Shown: in pieces, positions 19,320 to 31,419 of the stretch
How positions within the stretch are numbered: the first letter of the stretch is position 1
Layout of the letters: the number at the start of each line of letters is the position of its first letter
NCBI GenBank assembly: GCA_002269645.1
Contig: NIVC01003152.1
Location: forward strand, 52,354-116,353
DNA: 64,000 nt
DNA from: Macrostomum lignano
Taxonomy: Eukaryota
Direction: 5' to 3'
Program-made: the position numbers and the translations under genes
Notes under the pieces: generated by a model
Seen by the model: only the letters and a program-made list of their open reading frames with translations
Databases searched by the model: none
Told to the model about the DNA's origin: nothing

Positions 19320-20791
19320 ATGGATAAAGAAAACGAAGAGTTAAATATTTTAGCAGACGGTAGTGAATTTGACGATCTATTAAAAGAGCTTGAAGGGCCT
19401 TGGCCCATGCAGCAAGATGAGCAAACTGAGCAACCACAGCCAGAGCGTTCAGCGCAGCAAAACGAGCAAGAACAGCTAGCTGAGGCCCCGTCGCAGCCGC
19501 CTGCTACGCAGCAGCCTGCCCGACGCTGGCACCGCCGTCAGAGCCATTACGGGAGCGTCAGCCAGCTGACCTGCCCGGGCCCTCGCAGCCACCGGAGCCC
19601 TCCACCAAGCCAAAGCGACCTGCTGCGGAAACGGATCAGGGTACACAAGCAAAGAGGCCGGCCCCGTCAGGGCTGCCAGTGTCCCAGGATCCGGCAGCAC
19701 GACAGGAGCTCGTTAGAGTAAAGTCGGTGCAGTCCGTGGTGGTAAAACCGACGGTGATGCAGAGGCACCCGGCTGGCGCGCGGCCCACACTGATGTTAGC
19801 TGCCCCGCCTCAGCAGCAGCGGCCGGCTCAGCGGTCGCAGCCTCGGCGTGTGGCGTCGCGAGCAGAAGTCCGACAGCAGCTGCCAGTGCACCGCAGGCTG
19901 GCTCCGCGGCCGCCGCCGCAGCAGCGCCAGCAGTCGCCGCCGCAGCGCCGCCACCAGTCTCCGCCGCGGCACCGTCAGCAGCCACCGCCGTCTCAGCACC
20001 GTCAGCAGCCACCGCCGTCTCAGCATCATCAGCAGCCACCGCCGTCTCAGCATCATCAGCAGCCACCGCCGTCTCAGCATCATCAGCAGCCACCGCCGCC
20101 TCAGCATCATCAGCAGCCACCGCCGTCTCAGCATCATCAGCAGCCACCGCCGTCTCAGCATCATCAGCAGCCACCGCCGTCTCAGCATCATCAGCAGCCA
20201 CCGCCGTCTCAGCATCATCAGCAGCCACCGCCGTCTCAGCATCATCAGCAGCCACCGCCGTCTCAGCATCATCAGCAGCCACCGCCGTCTCAGCATCATC
20301 AGCAGCCACCGCCGTCGCATCAGCAGCCGCCACCGCAGACTGCAGTGCCACCACAGGCGTCAACCTGCCGTGCAGCTGCAAGTTATTTGTTTGCCCCCGG
20401 CAACCAAGACATCCAAAGGCTTGCTGCGATGGGCGCCGACTTCAGCGCCATCATGGACGGTTTGTCGCCAGAACAGCAGGCAAGAATGAAGCGACTGATT
20501 GCTGCCCTGAAGGAATATCTAATGCGAATCGGCCACTTGCGGTTGGACCGGCCGCTGCCACAGCGGGCCCAGGTCCGGCCAGCCTGCATTGTGCTTCGCC
20601 AAGAATTCACGCCTGAGCAAGCTGTCGCGGCTTGGCGCCGCGCCGTGAATTACGTACTTCATGACCTGAATGCGGCTGGCCAGCCGTACTTTCGCACGCT
20701 GCTTATCATCGAGATTAAGTGGCTCGCCGAGCAAGTCGGATGGCCTCTACGCGACCTTTTGCCGGACGAATTTAATCTGAATGATAATTAG
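19320..20791 (+). CDS. Accessory ORF3 of the Gypsy element (~490 aa if one base lost near 19520 is restored): acidic N-terminus, P/Q-rich linker, QQPPPSQHH repeats, ~140-aa helical C-terminal domain
   Basis: The two ORF-track ORFs overlap in adjacent frames; the second frame is open 19484-20791, and joining at ~19520 gives a compositionally continuous protein. No signal peptide or TM segment, so not env-like. Confidence 0.7.
19976..20338 (+). repeat. 27-bp coding tandem repeat (QQPPPSQHH, about 13 copies)
   Basis: CAGCAGCCACCGCCGTCTCAGCATCAT units, nearly invariant. Confidence 0.92.
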
Positions 20792-21159
20792 GTGACTATA
20801 ATTGAACTGTCATGTACTGTTATTTTTTCGCATTGCATGCATACCTATTTAGCCTTCACTAATTTGCATGGATACTTATTTGGCCAAAATTCTTGTGTGC
20901 TCAACTTTGTGCAACTTTATATTTAGCCAAACATCTTTTTGTACGCTCAACTTCGTGCCATTTTAATAATAGCCAACCTTGCTCAATTCTTCCACTAACT
21001 ATATTACTGATATTACCATGTTGTGTGCTGTTTTAATGTTTTAGTGTCAGCCAATTTTATCTAGTGCCTACGTTTTGTGATTAAAAGCCCCTTTTGCACT
21101 TTAACTACACATTTATTCACTCACTAGTTTATTCATAAATATGTAGAAGGGAAGCCAGT

Positions 21160-22014
21160 TGAGGCAGGCCCGATGTGTTTAATATTCACGTAACCATGAT
21201 TTTAAATTTCCGCCAAACTACGCTTAACAACGCATTTTTGTTAGAACGAAATCTTTGTTTTAATGGGTTTGTTTTATTCGGGAAAATTATTTTGTTAAAC
21301 CGCTATAAAGAAATTTGTTTATTCACGACCCGCGCACCCCACCTCCCCCTTTTTGAGACTATAAATACAAGCGATTGCGGGCAATTTCCCCTTTGCCCGC
21401 CGTTTCCTCGATTCGGTCAAGAAAAGCAAAACGTGTTGTCTTAGTCACTGGAAAGCAAGACAGGAGAAAAAGCTGTAAGAGGCCAGAAAAGCCGTAAGAG
21501 GCCAAGAAAGCTGTGAGAAGCCAGAAAAGCCGTAAGAGGCCAAGAAAAACTGTAAGAAGCCAGAAAAAGCCGTAAGAGGCCAGGAAAGCTGTGAGAAGCC
21601 AGAAATAGACGGTTGACGAGTCGGGCAACTCCTTCCCAGGGAGCCCGCAACTAAATATAGGGAATTAATAGTAGTAATAATAATAGTAGTGAGATTCATA
21701 ATTACATGTAGACCAGTGTTTGCCGCTCGACACTGCTACCAGGGCGCCTTGCATAGATTCAAGGAGTCCTTAGATTAGAATTCTAGACTTGATATTTTCG
21801 AAGAAGCAGCAATTGACTAAGCAATTTTATGGAGTAATAACTATCTTAATTTACAACAACTTGGTAACAGCAGTGGGATTTTAGCAGACAGAAATAATCC
21901 CCTGCGACAACTTGGTGACATCGGTAGGATAGTCTACAATTTAGTTAAACACCCCCTGGTACAACTTGGTGCCTGCGGTAGGATAATTTCTAGAGAGAGT
22001 TTAAGCCTGCAACA
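21160..22014 (+). repeat. 3' LTR (855 bp)
   Basis: Near-identical to 12300-13153; ends CCTGCAACA followed by TSD TTAG. Confidence 0.95.
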
Positions 22015-22132
22015 TTAGTATTTATCTCAGTATTATTCTAAGTATTAGTTATCCCTTATATTGGTAGCATTTCTAGCATTCTCACTGTTATTCTAGTAGC
22101 ATTGTATGCAAATTTGACCTGAGCAGTATATA

Positions 22133-23580
22133 CCTGATTGTTGGGACATTTTTTTACATTTGTTACAAGTTTATTCAATATAACACTTTTCTGTACAACA
22201 AGGTTATCAATCTTAAATGTAGTCACCATCATGGTCAATAACTATCTGCCAGCATGTATGTAGGGAGCGGATGCCCTGGCTATAGAACCCCGGGCACTGG
22301 CCCTCAAACAAGTTTGTCAGGTTGTCCTCGTCATTGAATTGCTGGCCGGCCAAAGAATGGTCAAGGGCAGCAAACATGTGATAACTGGTAGGTGCAAGAT
22401 CTGGGCTGTATGGTGGGTGGGGAAGAATCTCCCAGCCTACTCATAGCTTGAGGAGCAGCTTCTGATGGGTCAACTGTGCCTTGTGCGCAGGTGCATTGTC
22501 ATGCAGCAAGATGACCTGGCAATATTCAAGGTGCACCTCAGCCAGCTTCTGCTGCAGGCGCTCAAGCTGCTCCTGGTAGAAGGAGCATTGATACTATTGT
22601 TCATGCTTGGGCGCAACCTTGGGATTCACTCGGCCGTTTCTATTGGCAACACACACATGTAAGTCGCTATTGGACGGAATAGTAGTCACGTGACTGCTCT
22701 CAGCCAATAGCGACTTACATGTGTGTGTTGCCAATAGAAACGGCCAGGTGATTCCCAAAGTTGCGCATGTATGCTATTGTTCTTTGGCAGCAGCTCCCAC
22801 ATTATGATTCCTTTCGTGTCCTAGAAGACTGAAAGCATGACCTTTTTGGGGTATAGTTCAGCCTTGGCCTCTCGCTCTGGCTTTGCATCCAAATCAACCC
22901 ACTGTTGCTCGCATTGGATGTTGATGTAGAGGCACTATTTTTTGTCACCTGTCACCACATCATCCAGCCAATCCAGATGGCAGGATCAGGAGAGCATGGT
23001 GAGGGCAGCCTCAATATGCCGGTCCTTGTCAGTGGCAGTCAGCTGGTAGGGCACCCAACATCCCAGCTTTGGTTTCTTGTTCAGACAGTGAAGGTGGTCA
23101 GCAACAGTGGAATGATGCACACCTAGCTGCGTGGCCAGCTTATGCGTAGTCTGCTGGGTGTCCCACTCAAGCAGTTGCTCAAGTGCACTGTCGTCAAGCT
23201 CTGCCAGCTGGCCATTGTGGGGCTTGTCTTTAAGGCCCTCATCTCCATCTTTGAATTGCCTGAACCAATTGTTGGTAGTCTGATGGGTGAGGGTTCCTGC
23301 ACCAAAAGTAGCATTGATGTCAGTGGCCAATTGTCTTGCATTCTTGCCAGAGCAATAGTCATAGAGAAGCAGAATTTGCTGCAGGTCTTTTGAGTACAGA
23401 GTATCTTTCGCCGTTTCAGCATTTCAGACAGTTGAGCAAAGAATTTTTTATCTATTGTAGTTTTTTATGCACATTACACTACTATTTATATGTACATTAC
23501 ATTAAGAATGTCCCAGAATGTTCCAAAACAGGCAAAAATAGAATATTATGGAATTTAAAAGTACTTTATTGACAATCAGA
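22133..23580 (-). mobile_element. Decayed mariner (DD34D) DNA transposon, interrupted by a MITE
   Basis: Minus strand gives QILLLYDY..GKNA, WFRQFKDGD, LGCWVPYQLT, VTGD-like, LLHDNAPAH, HPPYSPDLAPTSYHMF, WQIVIDHDGDYI*. Degenerate TIRs (CCTGATTGT / ACAATCAGA) flanked by TA. Confidence 0.88.
22602..22773. mobile_element. 172-bp palindromic MITE, 8-bp TSD, same terminal family as 1223-1520
   Basis: TSD CTATTGTT (22594-22601 and 22774-22781). Right end GTTGCGCATGTATG. About 65-bp inverted arms. CpGs retained, unlike the host mariner. Confidence 0.88.
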
Positions 23581-23583
23581 TAT

Positions 23584-26125
23584 CCCTAGATGAAGTTCTG
23601 TTTACTCATTCTTGGCAGATCTGTTCTTACTTAAATTTCTTAGCAGATCTGTGAATTTTGGTTAACACATTCTTAACAGATCTTTTCTTACTTAAATCTC
23701 TTAGCAGATCTGTATCTGCTTTTGTCTTACAAGACCTTACAAATCTTTGCAAGCCATTTTTTATTGTTTGGTACGTAGAAAACATTCGTGATTTTTAGAA
23801 AATACTTATTAGGTAAAGAGAAAACAAAATTTCCAACTGTATATCAGAAAAAAGACTTTCGTATATTTTCACATTTCTCTGCTGGATCTTGTCAGATCAG
23901 TTCTTGCAGATCTGTACAGACCAGTTTTGAAAAGTGTCTGAATTGTTTTTTTCCACAAAATATTTAACATAATAGTAATTACGTTTTTTTAATGATTTGT
24001 ATTTATTTTAGTTGTTCTTCTGGCAGCCAACAGTAAATGAATTTGTTTAAATATTCTTTCCGCAGTTCTGAACATAGTGGACCCTTATAGTTTGAATTCT
24101 CGCTCTTGCTATTTATCCATCCATCTCAGTTCTTTCTTTTGACTTAGCCGAATACGTAATTTTTAATTCCTTAAATTGTTTCATAGTGTAGTATCACTAT
24201 TTTTTACTTTTTTAGCCATAATAACTTTTTTGATTGAGTATAGCATGGCTTTAAATAAAGAGCAGATTGCGTCATCAATTAAAAAAATTTGACATAATTG
24301 ACAGACTGACTATAAAATGTATGCTATATATATATCTATATAATATATATATCTAGGCTTGTCTCCTACTCCCAGGCCTATAAGTATGAGTAGGCCTAGG
24401 CCTATGACTTTGTTCTATGCTTTAATAGAAACAGAATGCATGTCTAGACCTAGTGATGTTGTCCATTAATAATTCAGAAATTCAGTTCTGTTACATACAT
24501 AGATCAGTATTTTTTGTAGTCTTTTGCATTTCATTATATTATATTTATATATACATACCTAGTTCTAGCCCCTAGGCTAGGGCTAGGCTAGTTCTAGTGA
24601 CCTAGCTAGTAAGTAAATCTTAATTAAATAGGTCTATTCTGTTTTTGTTTGTTTTATTTGCTTTTATTTGCTTATCTAGATTTATAAATAGGTAGACTGA
24701 CATATCTGTAAAACTTGGTTTTAATCCCTCCTTGATTTTAAACACTTAGGTTAAGAGTATAATGTCTATTTTTAATAAATAGTGTTATAACTAACTAGGC
24801 TTATCATTTTAATTTTAAAATAAAATAGGCCCTACTCTACTAAAAATTGTAATTGCTATATAGGGTATAGTTTTTATGAATAAAAATTAAACCTGGATGC
24901 TTAAATATAGGCTTATGGTTGTTAGAAAGTTATCTTAAGCCTTGATCTACTATTTGAAGAATATAGATAGGCATAGCAAAATCTAAAAGTATTTATACTA
25001 GATAGGCCTAGATGAATAATATGAAAAATATAGAATAGAAGAAAACAGGTCTAAATTTAATTAGACCAAAGAAATTTTACAAAAGTTATTACTCTGACTA
25101 TATAAAAACATAACAACAATATTTGTTTTATATTTTAGTTATTTTGAATTGAATATTAATGTTTAAAATCCTAGAACTTTATTACAATTTTCCCTTTCAT
25201 TGATGCTACTTTACATGGTCAATATGGCATCGCTACTTATGGGTTCCAAGCTTGTCTTTATACCAAGTGGCAAAGTGGCAAGCATCCTATGATTGCTAAA
25301 AGAAAAATGAAGCCAGCCTAAAGTAAAAATGCAACATGATAAAGAGCCCTAAAGTATTACTAAGAGCTCTTATAGACCTACTTTTATTGATAACAAAGTA
25401 AGCTTTCTAGCAATATTGACTTTAAAATCTTTCAGTACTGGACTCTTTCAGTTTCAATTATTTGCAAACCAATTTAATTGTAACATTGTAGTAAAAGATG
25501 CACCTGGTTTTTTTAAATGTTTCTGCTTCTATTTTTTAGTTTCTAAAAGTATTGCTCACCCTAATTTCATTAGTCCATTGTACCATTAGTATTTTTTCTA
25601 TTGAGTGTGTGCTTAACTTTTGTTTTGAAGTTGACTTATTTTTTGCTTGTGCTATTTCCCTTGTGCATACAAGTTTTATTTCATGAGCATATATGTGTAT
25701 TTGTTTACATTTTCACAAATAAATATGTCTACTTTATTTTGATTGTTCAATGACATTTGCTTTTGTTCTGGCAGCTTACTAGCACAATACTAAAAGTGCA
25801 GAATCAAATAAGAAAGTCCTGTCATAACTCGTGTTCTTTATTGGAATTAAATTAGTGCATTGGGTTTTATAAATGGATTACTAAACAGTTCTGGGAAGAT
25901 TTGATAAGACGGACAATGCATTCAATTGGTAAAGCTTAATACATCTTACAAGATCTGCCCAGATCTCCTAAGATCTGCTCGTGCAGACCGTGCAAGATCT
26001 TCCTGCAGATCTTGTAAGTTCTGCCTATATATTTTAATAGTGCAGATCTGTTACGTTCTTGCAAGAACGTAGCGAGAAGCTCCAGACAGATCTGCTAAGA
26101 AATGGCATGACGATTTCATCTAGGG
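23584..26125. mobile_element. 2.5-kb old DNA transposon with CCCTAGATGAA TIRs, ATAT flanks and CAGATCT subterminal repeats
   Basis: CCCTAGATGAA at 23584 and TTCATCTAGGG ending 26125, ATAT on both sides. CAGATCT motifs cluster at 23615-23920 and 25950-26100. A possible coding remnant lies on the minus strand near 24000-24200. Confidence 0.65.
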
Positions 26126-27181
26126 ATATTACTATTACTTGAAGATTTAGTATATTTAAATTACTATTGTTATATTACATAATACATTGCATATATTTCT
26201 AGTCCTAGGCATTACCAAGATCAAAAGGTCATGGCCCTTGGCCCTTATCTGTTTCAAGATCTACTCTGTATATTTCTTCTCCTTCCAACATTCTACTTCT
26301 CAGTAGTATATACTGTATGCACTTCCCCTCATAGTCTGGATCATGCTGGGTGCATGCTTAAACAAAAATCAATAGTTAGGCCTACAAATGCACGCCAAAA
26401 AATTGAGTGCATGGCCATTCTTAAAACTCTGCTGGTGTTGCAACAATAAATGACCTTTTTTACATTGTGACAATAAATGACCCTTTTCATTGCATAATAG
26501 ACCCTTTTGACAGATGATTTGGTTAATTTTTTCTGCTTTTTTAGTGACACTATTCACAGTGGAAAATTGATACATGCAAAGAATTGTCTAAATGCCTTTA
26601 CGAGCTTAAAAACCTGGAAAGCAGGAAATTTATGCTTAAAAAAGAACTTTTTCCACCTTTTCTTCTACTTTACAATAACTCTGCATGATTCTATGTACAT
26701 GCCAGGTGTATTTTCTTAGGAATGATGCACACCAACTCTGCATGTCTACTTTTGGCATGCAAGGCCAATGCATGCCCAAAGTTTTGGGTGTATACTACAT
26801 GATTCAGAGTGTGGACTTCCCCCTACTTCACTTCTTTATAATCTTATATAGCCGCAATACTATGTAGGATTATATATATACTAGGCCTATGCTACTAACA
26901 CTATAAAAGCATAATAATCATAACATATTATATTTTTGTCAATTTGTTTATATAGACATTTATTAAGTTACTTTTGTATAAATAGGTAATATAAGCAAGA
27001 TTTTCATTTTAGTATATAGGATATTAGATATATAAAATATATATATCACTTGAAATATTATTTGCAATTTTAACCTAACAACCAACAAATGGTTGTTGCT
27101 TACTATTTTTATATTCAATTGCATAAAATTTTATTCTTAAAATTATATTCAATTGCATAAAATTTTATTCTTAAAACTAAA

Positions 27182-27726
27182 AGAAAGCTGAAAATCAACA
27201 TGTAGGTTGTTATGATGCATTTTGTATACCAAGGTGTATTGTCAAGTATATTGTTTGAAATGAAGGTGTGAGTAAAGCAAATTTATAAATTTTTGTCAAT
27301 GAAACAAATGTAGCTAGTGAGTATTTTGTATGTACAAAGTAGTTCAAGATTGATAGTATATAGGGTGGGGCAAAGACCAATGGGCAGAAAACAAAGGTTC
27401 AAAACCTCTGGCTGGAGAAGCAACAGCATAGAAGCATCCCACAGGCTATCACCAACATCTTGAGCCACAAGCTCAGCCTATCTGAACAGCATGCCCTTCA
27501 GCCCATTATTTTTTTCTGCCCATTGGTCTTTGCCCCACTTTATGGACTATTAACCTACAACTACTTTGTATATACAAAATATATACTTACTAGCTACATT
27601 TGTTTCATTGACAAAAAATTATAAATTCACTTTACCCACACCTTTCGTTTTAAACAATATACTTGTTGATGCACCTTGGTGTCCAAAATGCATCATAACA
27701 ACCTACATGTTGATTTTTGGCTTTCT
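27182..27726. mobile_element. ~545-bp hairpin (MITE-like) element with ~210-bp imperfect inverted arms
   Basis: 27182-27390 is the approximate reverse complement of 27511-27726 (e.g. AATCAACATGTAGGTTGTTATGATGCATTTTG / CAAAATGCATCATAACAACCTACATGTTGATT). Confidence 0.75.
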
Positions 27727-27999
27727 CTTTTTTACTTGCCAAGCAAGCGCAAGCCACTTTACCTGATTTCTTAAAATTAAATCCTATCAAAATGGGATAT
27801 GCAGACAAAACCATCAAAAATTTTTATTTATTTTATTTTAAAAAATTTTAATCAAGCAAGGGAAATTATTTGGAAAATAGTAACAATATAATAACTTAAA
27901 TTAATCAGATTTCAAAACTTCATTTAAATTTGATGCATGCTTAAATAAATTAACTATACTGACTGGCAAAGCACATCACTGCATCCTTGGCTGGCAATT

Positions 28000-30900
28000 A
28001 TGATTTTCTTTTGTTGCAGCAAAGGTGCCAACAATTTGTGCAATTTCTTTCACTCTCGACCGCCACTTGTCATTTTTTTATTTAACTTAATAATATTTGC
28101 TGCTGCACTTTTGTTTCTGTCCTACTGGATTCAGTATAATGATATGCAGAACCCTGATGCCACTAAGGTTGGTTATATTCTTAATTATTTCATAATTCAT
28201 TATCTTTGAGGTGCTACTGACAGTAGGCATTGAGACTTAGTATTGCAATTTGAAATCTGAGAATTTTTCGTAATAAAAAAACACTAGTACTAGAAATCCC
28301 AAATCTTACTATGCTTATCTTTGATCAAAATAGAATCTATTATTTATCACAAAACTCAATCAAATTGAAGTTATCTAGAAGCCAAGAATATTCCAAATAT
28401 AATAATTCCAAACTATCAGATATATTGATCCTAAATTCCAAATCCCACGATCCCACATCTCATGATCACAAATTTCATGATCCCAAATCTCTTGATCCCA
28501 AATCCCATGATCCCAATCCCATGATCCCAAATCCAATGATCCCAAATCCGATGATCCCAAATCCCATAATTCCGAATTCCATGATCCTAAATCCCATGAT
28601 CCCAAATCCCATGATCCCAATCCCATGATCCCAACCCAAATCCAATGATCCCAAATCCCACGATCCCAAACCCATGATCCCAAATCCAATGATCCCAAAT
28701 TCCAAGATCCCAAATCCCATGATCTCAAATCCTCATTATCCTAACTCTCATGCTCTTAAATCCTAATGACTCCACCCCAAGAATCCAAAAACTTAAGATT
28801 CCCCAAAATTGTAGAAATTCCAAATTCCAACAATGTCACAAATCTCAGAGCGCTCTCTCCCTCTGCTCCACCCTTCACACGCAGGACTGGAACAGATTTC
28901 TGGAACGATTCGCCTCAATGGAGATCTGCCTGACGGGCAACAAGTCTTATCCATTCATTCGTCGTCTGTCGGCTTTCACCATAGACGGCGACAGCGCCAT
29001 CGACTTGCCGCAGCCGGTGGCTCACGCGCAGCCGCGGCTGAAACTGCACCGCATGCTGCTTGGGGTGGAGCTGGACGATAAGCAGAGACACGCGCTGTCG
29101 AACTATTCAATACTGATTGGAGCTATCAGTGGCAGACTGTTGGGGCTTAGAGATCGAAGTACAGCTTATCAGGTGTGCGGATCCAAATTGTAATTATTAA
29201 AAAGGTTACCGTGACCAGAATCGTTCTTTTTAACAACTCAAGTCGCGAAAAAAGTCTTGCAAATAGTCGTTTGTGTTAGCGCTTAACTTTCTACTAATTC
29301 AAGTAGACTAAATGGAGTGAAATGCGATTTTAATTCATAAAGTGACGCAACTCAGTGATTCTATACAGCGACTTGACCTCTCTTGTACCGTGACATCTCG
29401 TTGCTTAAGAGTCAAATAGAGTCGATTCTTTCTTATTTTACCTGTGTTACCTGAAATTACTGGTTTAAAGTATTATTAACATAAACTCTCTCCCCAGGTG
29501 ATCAACATCACGGCTGTGATACCCCAGTTGCCAAAGAAGCGTGACAAAATCTGCGTCGAAATGGTCGGTCCCGAGTCGATCTTCCCTCGAACGAAGCCGC
29601 CCCGCCAGTGCGGCAGCCCGAGCTTTGATCTCTCCAGACGTCTGCTGTCTAGCGGAGATCCAACGCCCAGCCTGAGGATGTCCTACATGTACATATTCAA
29701 GACTGTGTACTGGTCCAGTTTGTTCTTTTGTAGTTCTGGGCAGCCCAGACTGAAGCTGAAGTACTCGCATAATCCTCGGCTTACTGAGATGCTATCGACT
29801 GTGAGTGATTTTAATTTTACTTAATTATTGTCCTCTGCTATCCGTAGGGGTCTGAGCGTGAGCTGAAAACCCTAAGCTTGTAGGTTTAGCTTTCACAGAT
29901 CCCTAAGCTTGTAGGTTTGGCATTCACAGATCCCTGTAATTGTAGGTTTAGCATTCACAGATCCCTGTAATTGTAGGTTTAGCATTCACAGATCCCTGTA
30001 ATTGTAGGTTTCGCATTCACAGATCCCTGTAATTGTAGGTTTAGCATTCACAGCTCCCTGTAATTGTAGGTTTCGCATTCACAGATCCCTGTAATTGTAG
30101 GTTTAGCATTCACAGATCCCTGTAATTGTAGGTTTCGCATTCACAGCTCCCTGTAATTGTAGGTTTCGCATTCACAGCTCCCTGTAATTGTAGGTTTCGC
30201 ATTCACAGATCCCTGTAATTGTAGGTTTAGCATTCACAGATCCCTGTAATTGTAGGTTTCGCATTCACAGATCCCTGTAATTGTAGGTTTAGCATTCACA
30301 GATCCCTGTAATTGTAGGTTTCGCATTCACAGCTCCCTGTAATTGTAGGTTTCGCATTCACAGATCCCTGTAATTGTAGGTTTAGCATTCACAGATCCCT
30401 GTAATTGTAGGTTTCGCATTCACAGCTCCCTGTAATTGTAGGTTTCGCATTCACAGATCCCTGTAATTGTAGGTTTAGCATTCACAGCTCCCTGTAATTG
30501 TAGGTTTCGCATTCGCAGATCCCTGTAATTGTAGGTTTAGCATTCACAGATCCCTGTAATTGTAGGTTTCGCATTCACAGCTCCCTGTAATTGTAGGTTT
30601 AGCATTCACAGCTCCCTGTAATTGTAGGTTTCGCATTCACAGATCCCTGTAATTGTAGGTTTAGCATTCACAGATCCCTGTAATTGTAGGTTTCGCATTC
30701 ACAGCTCCCTGTAATTGTAGGTTTCGCATTCACAGCTCCCTGTAATTGTAGGTTTCGCATTCACAGATCCCTGTAATTGTAGGTTTAGCATTCACAGATC
30801 CCTGTAATTGTAGGTTTAGCATTCACAGATCCCTGTAATTGTAGGTTTAGCATTCACAGCTCACTAAAAAGCATCAGTAATCATTCACAGATCACTAATA

Positions 30901-31237
30901 CCCTCCTCAACATGCCATTGTCACACAGGAGGAGAAATATGTAGCAGAGGAGAACCTGTCTCACACGGCTTACGTAATCAGCGTACTAATCGCTTGCTTC
31001 TTGATCTATGCCGCCACATTCGGGTCACACAGTAGAAACTCGGGCCTGTCGTCGGCAGCTACTGGTGGTACTGGCGACAGCCCCATGTACCGCAGTCTGA
31101 GCCTATCAACTGACCCGGATAGCGAGTCTGCTAGCTTGAGAGTGCGAAACAGCCTGTCACTGTCGGCCGAGACTAGCGATGTATTTCTTACACAGCAGCA
31201 GCAGCAGCAACAGCACCATCAAGAGCAGAAGGAGTAG
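28000..31237 (+). CDS. TMEM248: TMEM248-like two-TM protein; exons 28000(or 28020)-28167, 28885-29172, 29498-29800, 30929-31237
   Basis: Spliced peptide ..NLCNFFHSRPPLVIFLF..YW..NPDATK|DWNRFLERFASMEIC..|VINIT..C..FPRTKPPRQC..NPRLTEMLST|EEKYVAEENLSHTAYVI.. matches recalled TMEM248 motifs (SRPPLVVF, DWNTFLLRF, EEINIT, NPKLT, HTSYFL). All GT-AG and phase-compatible. Confidence 0.85.
28440..28730 (+). repeat. ~15-bp degenerate tandem repeat in intron
   Basis: ATCCCATGATCCCAA units. Confidence 0.9.
29875..30865 (+). repeat. 31-bp minisatellite (about 32 copies) in intron
   Basis: TGTAGGTTT(A/C)GCATTCACAG(A/C)TCCCTGTAAT. Confidence 0.93.
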
Positions 31238-31419
31238 CATGATCTGCTACTAATGGAGTCCATGGATGCTAGAAAGATTAACTCTGCTTAATTAATTTTT
31301 ATTGGATTATAATATTCGATACTGGAAACTGAAAATTTCCAACTGTAATTCCAAAATTACAGTTGGAATTCCGGCGTGTAAAATTTCATGATTTCTATGG
31401 AATCAAGTGAAGATCTAGT

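Larger units (their letters stand above)
12300..22014 (+). mobile_element. Full-length young Ty3/Gypsy LTR retrotransposon (9.7 kb) with an extra ORF
   Basis: TG...CA LTRs at 12300-13153 and 21160-22014. TSD TTAG (12296-12299 and 22015-22018). PBS, purine tract AGAAGGGAAG just before the 3' LTR, gag, and pol in PR-RT-RH-IN order. Confidence 0.96.

Noticed and set aside
26200-26830. Possible exon or protein remnants on the minus strand
   Set aside because: Short frames with stops in CpG-decayed DNA; no recognisable motif or consistent splice sites.
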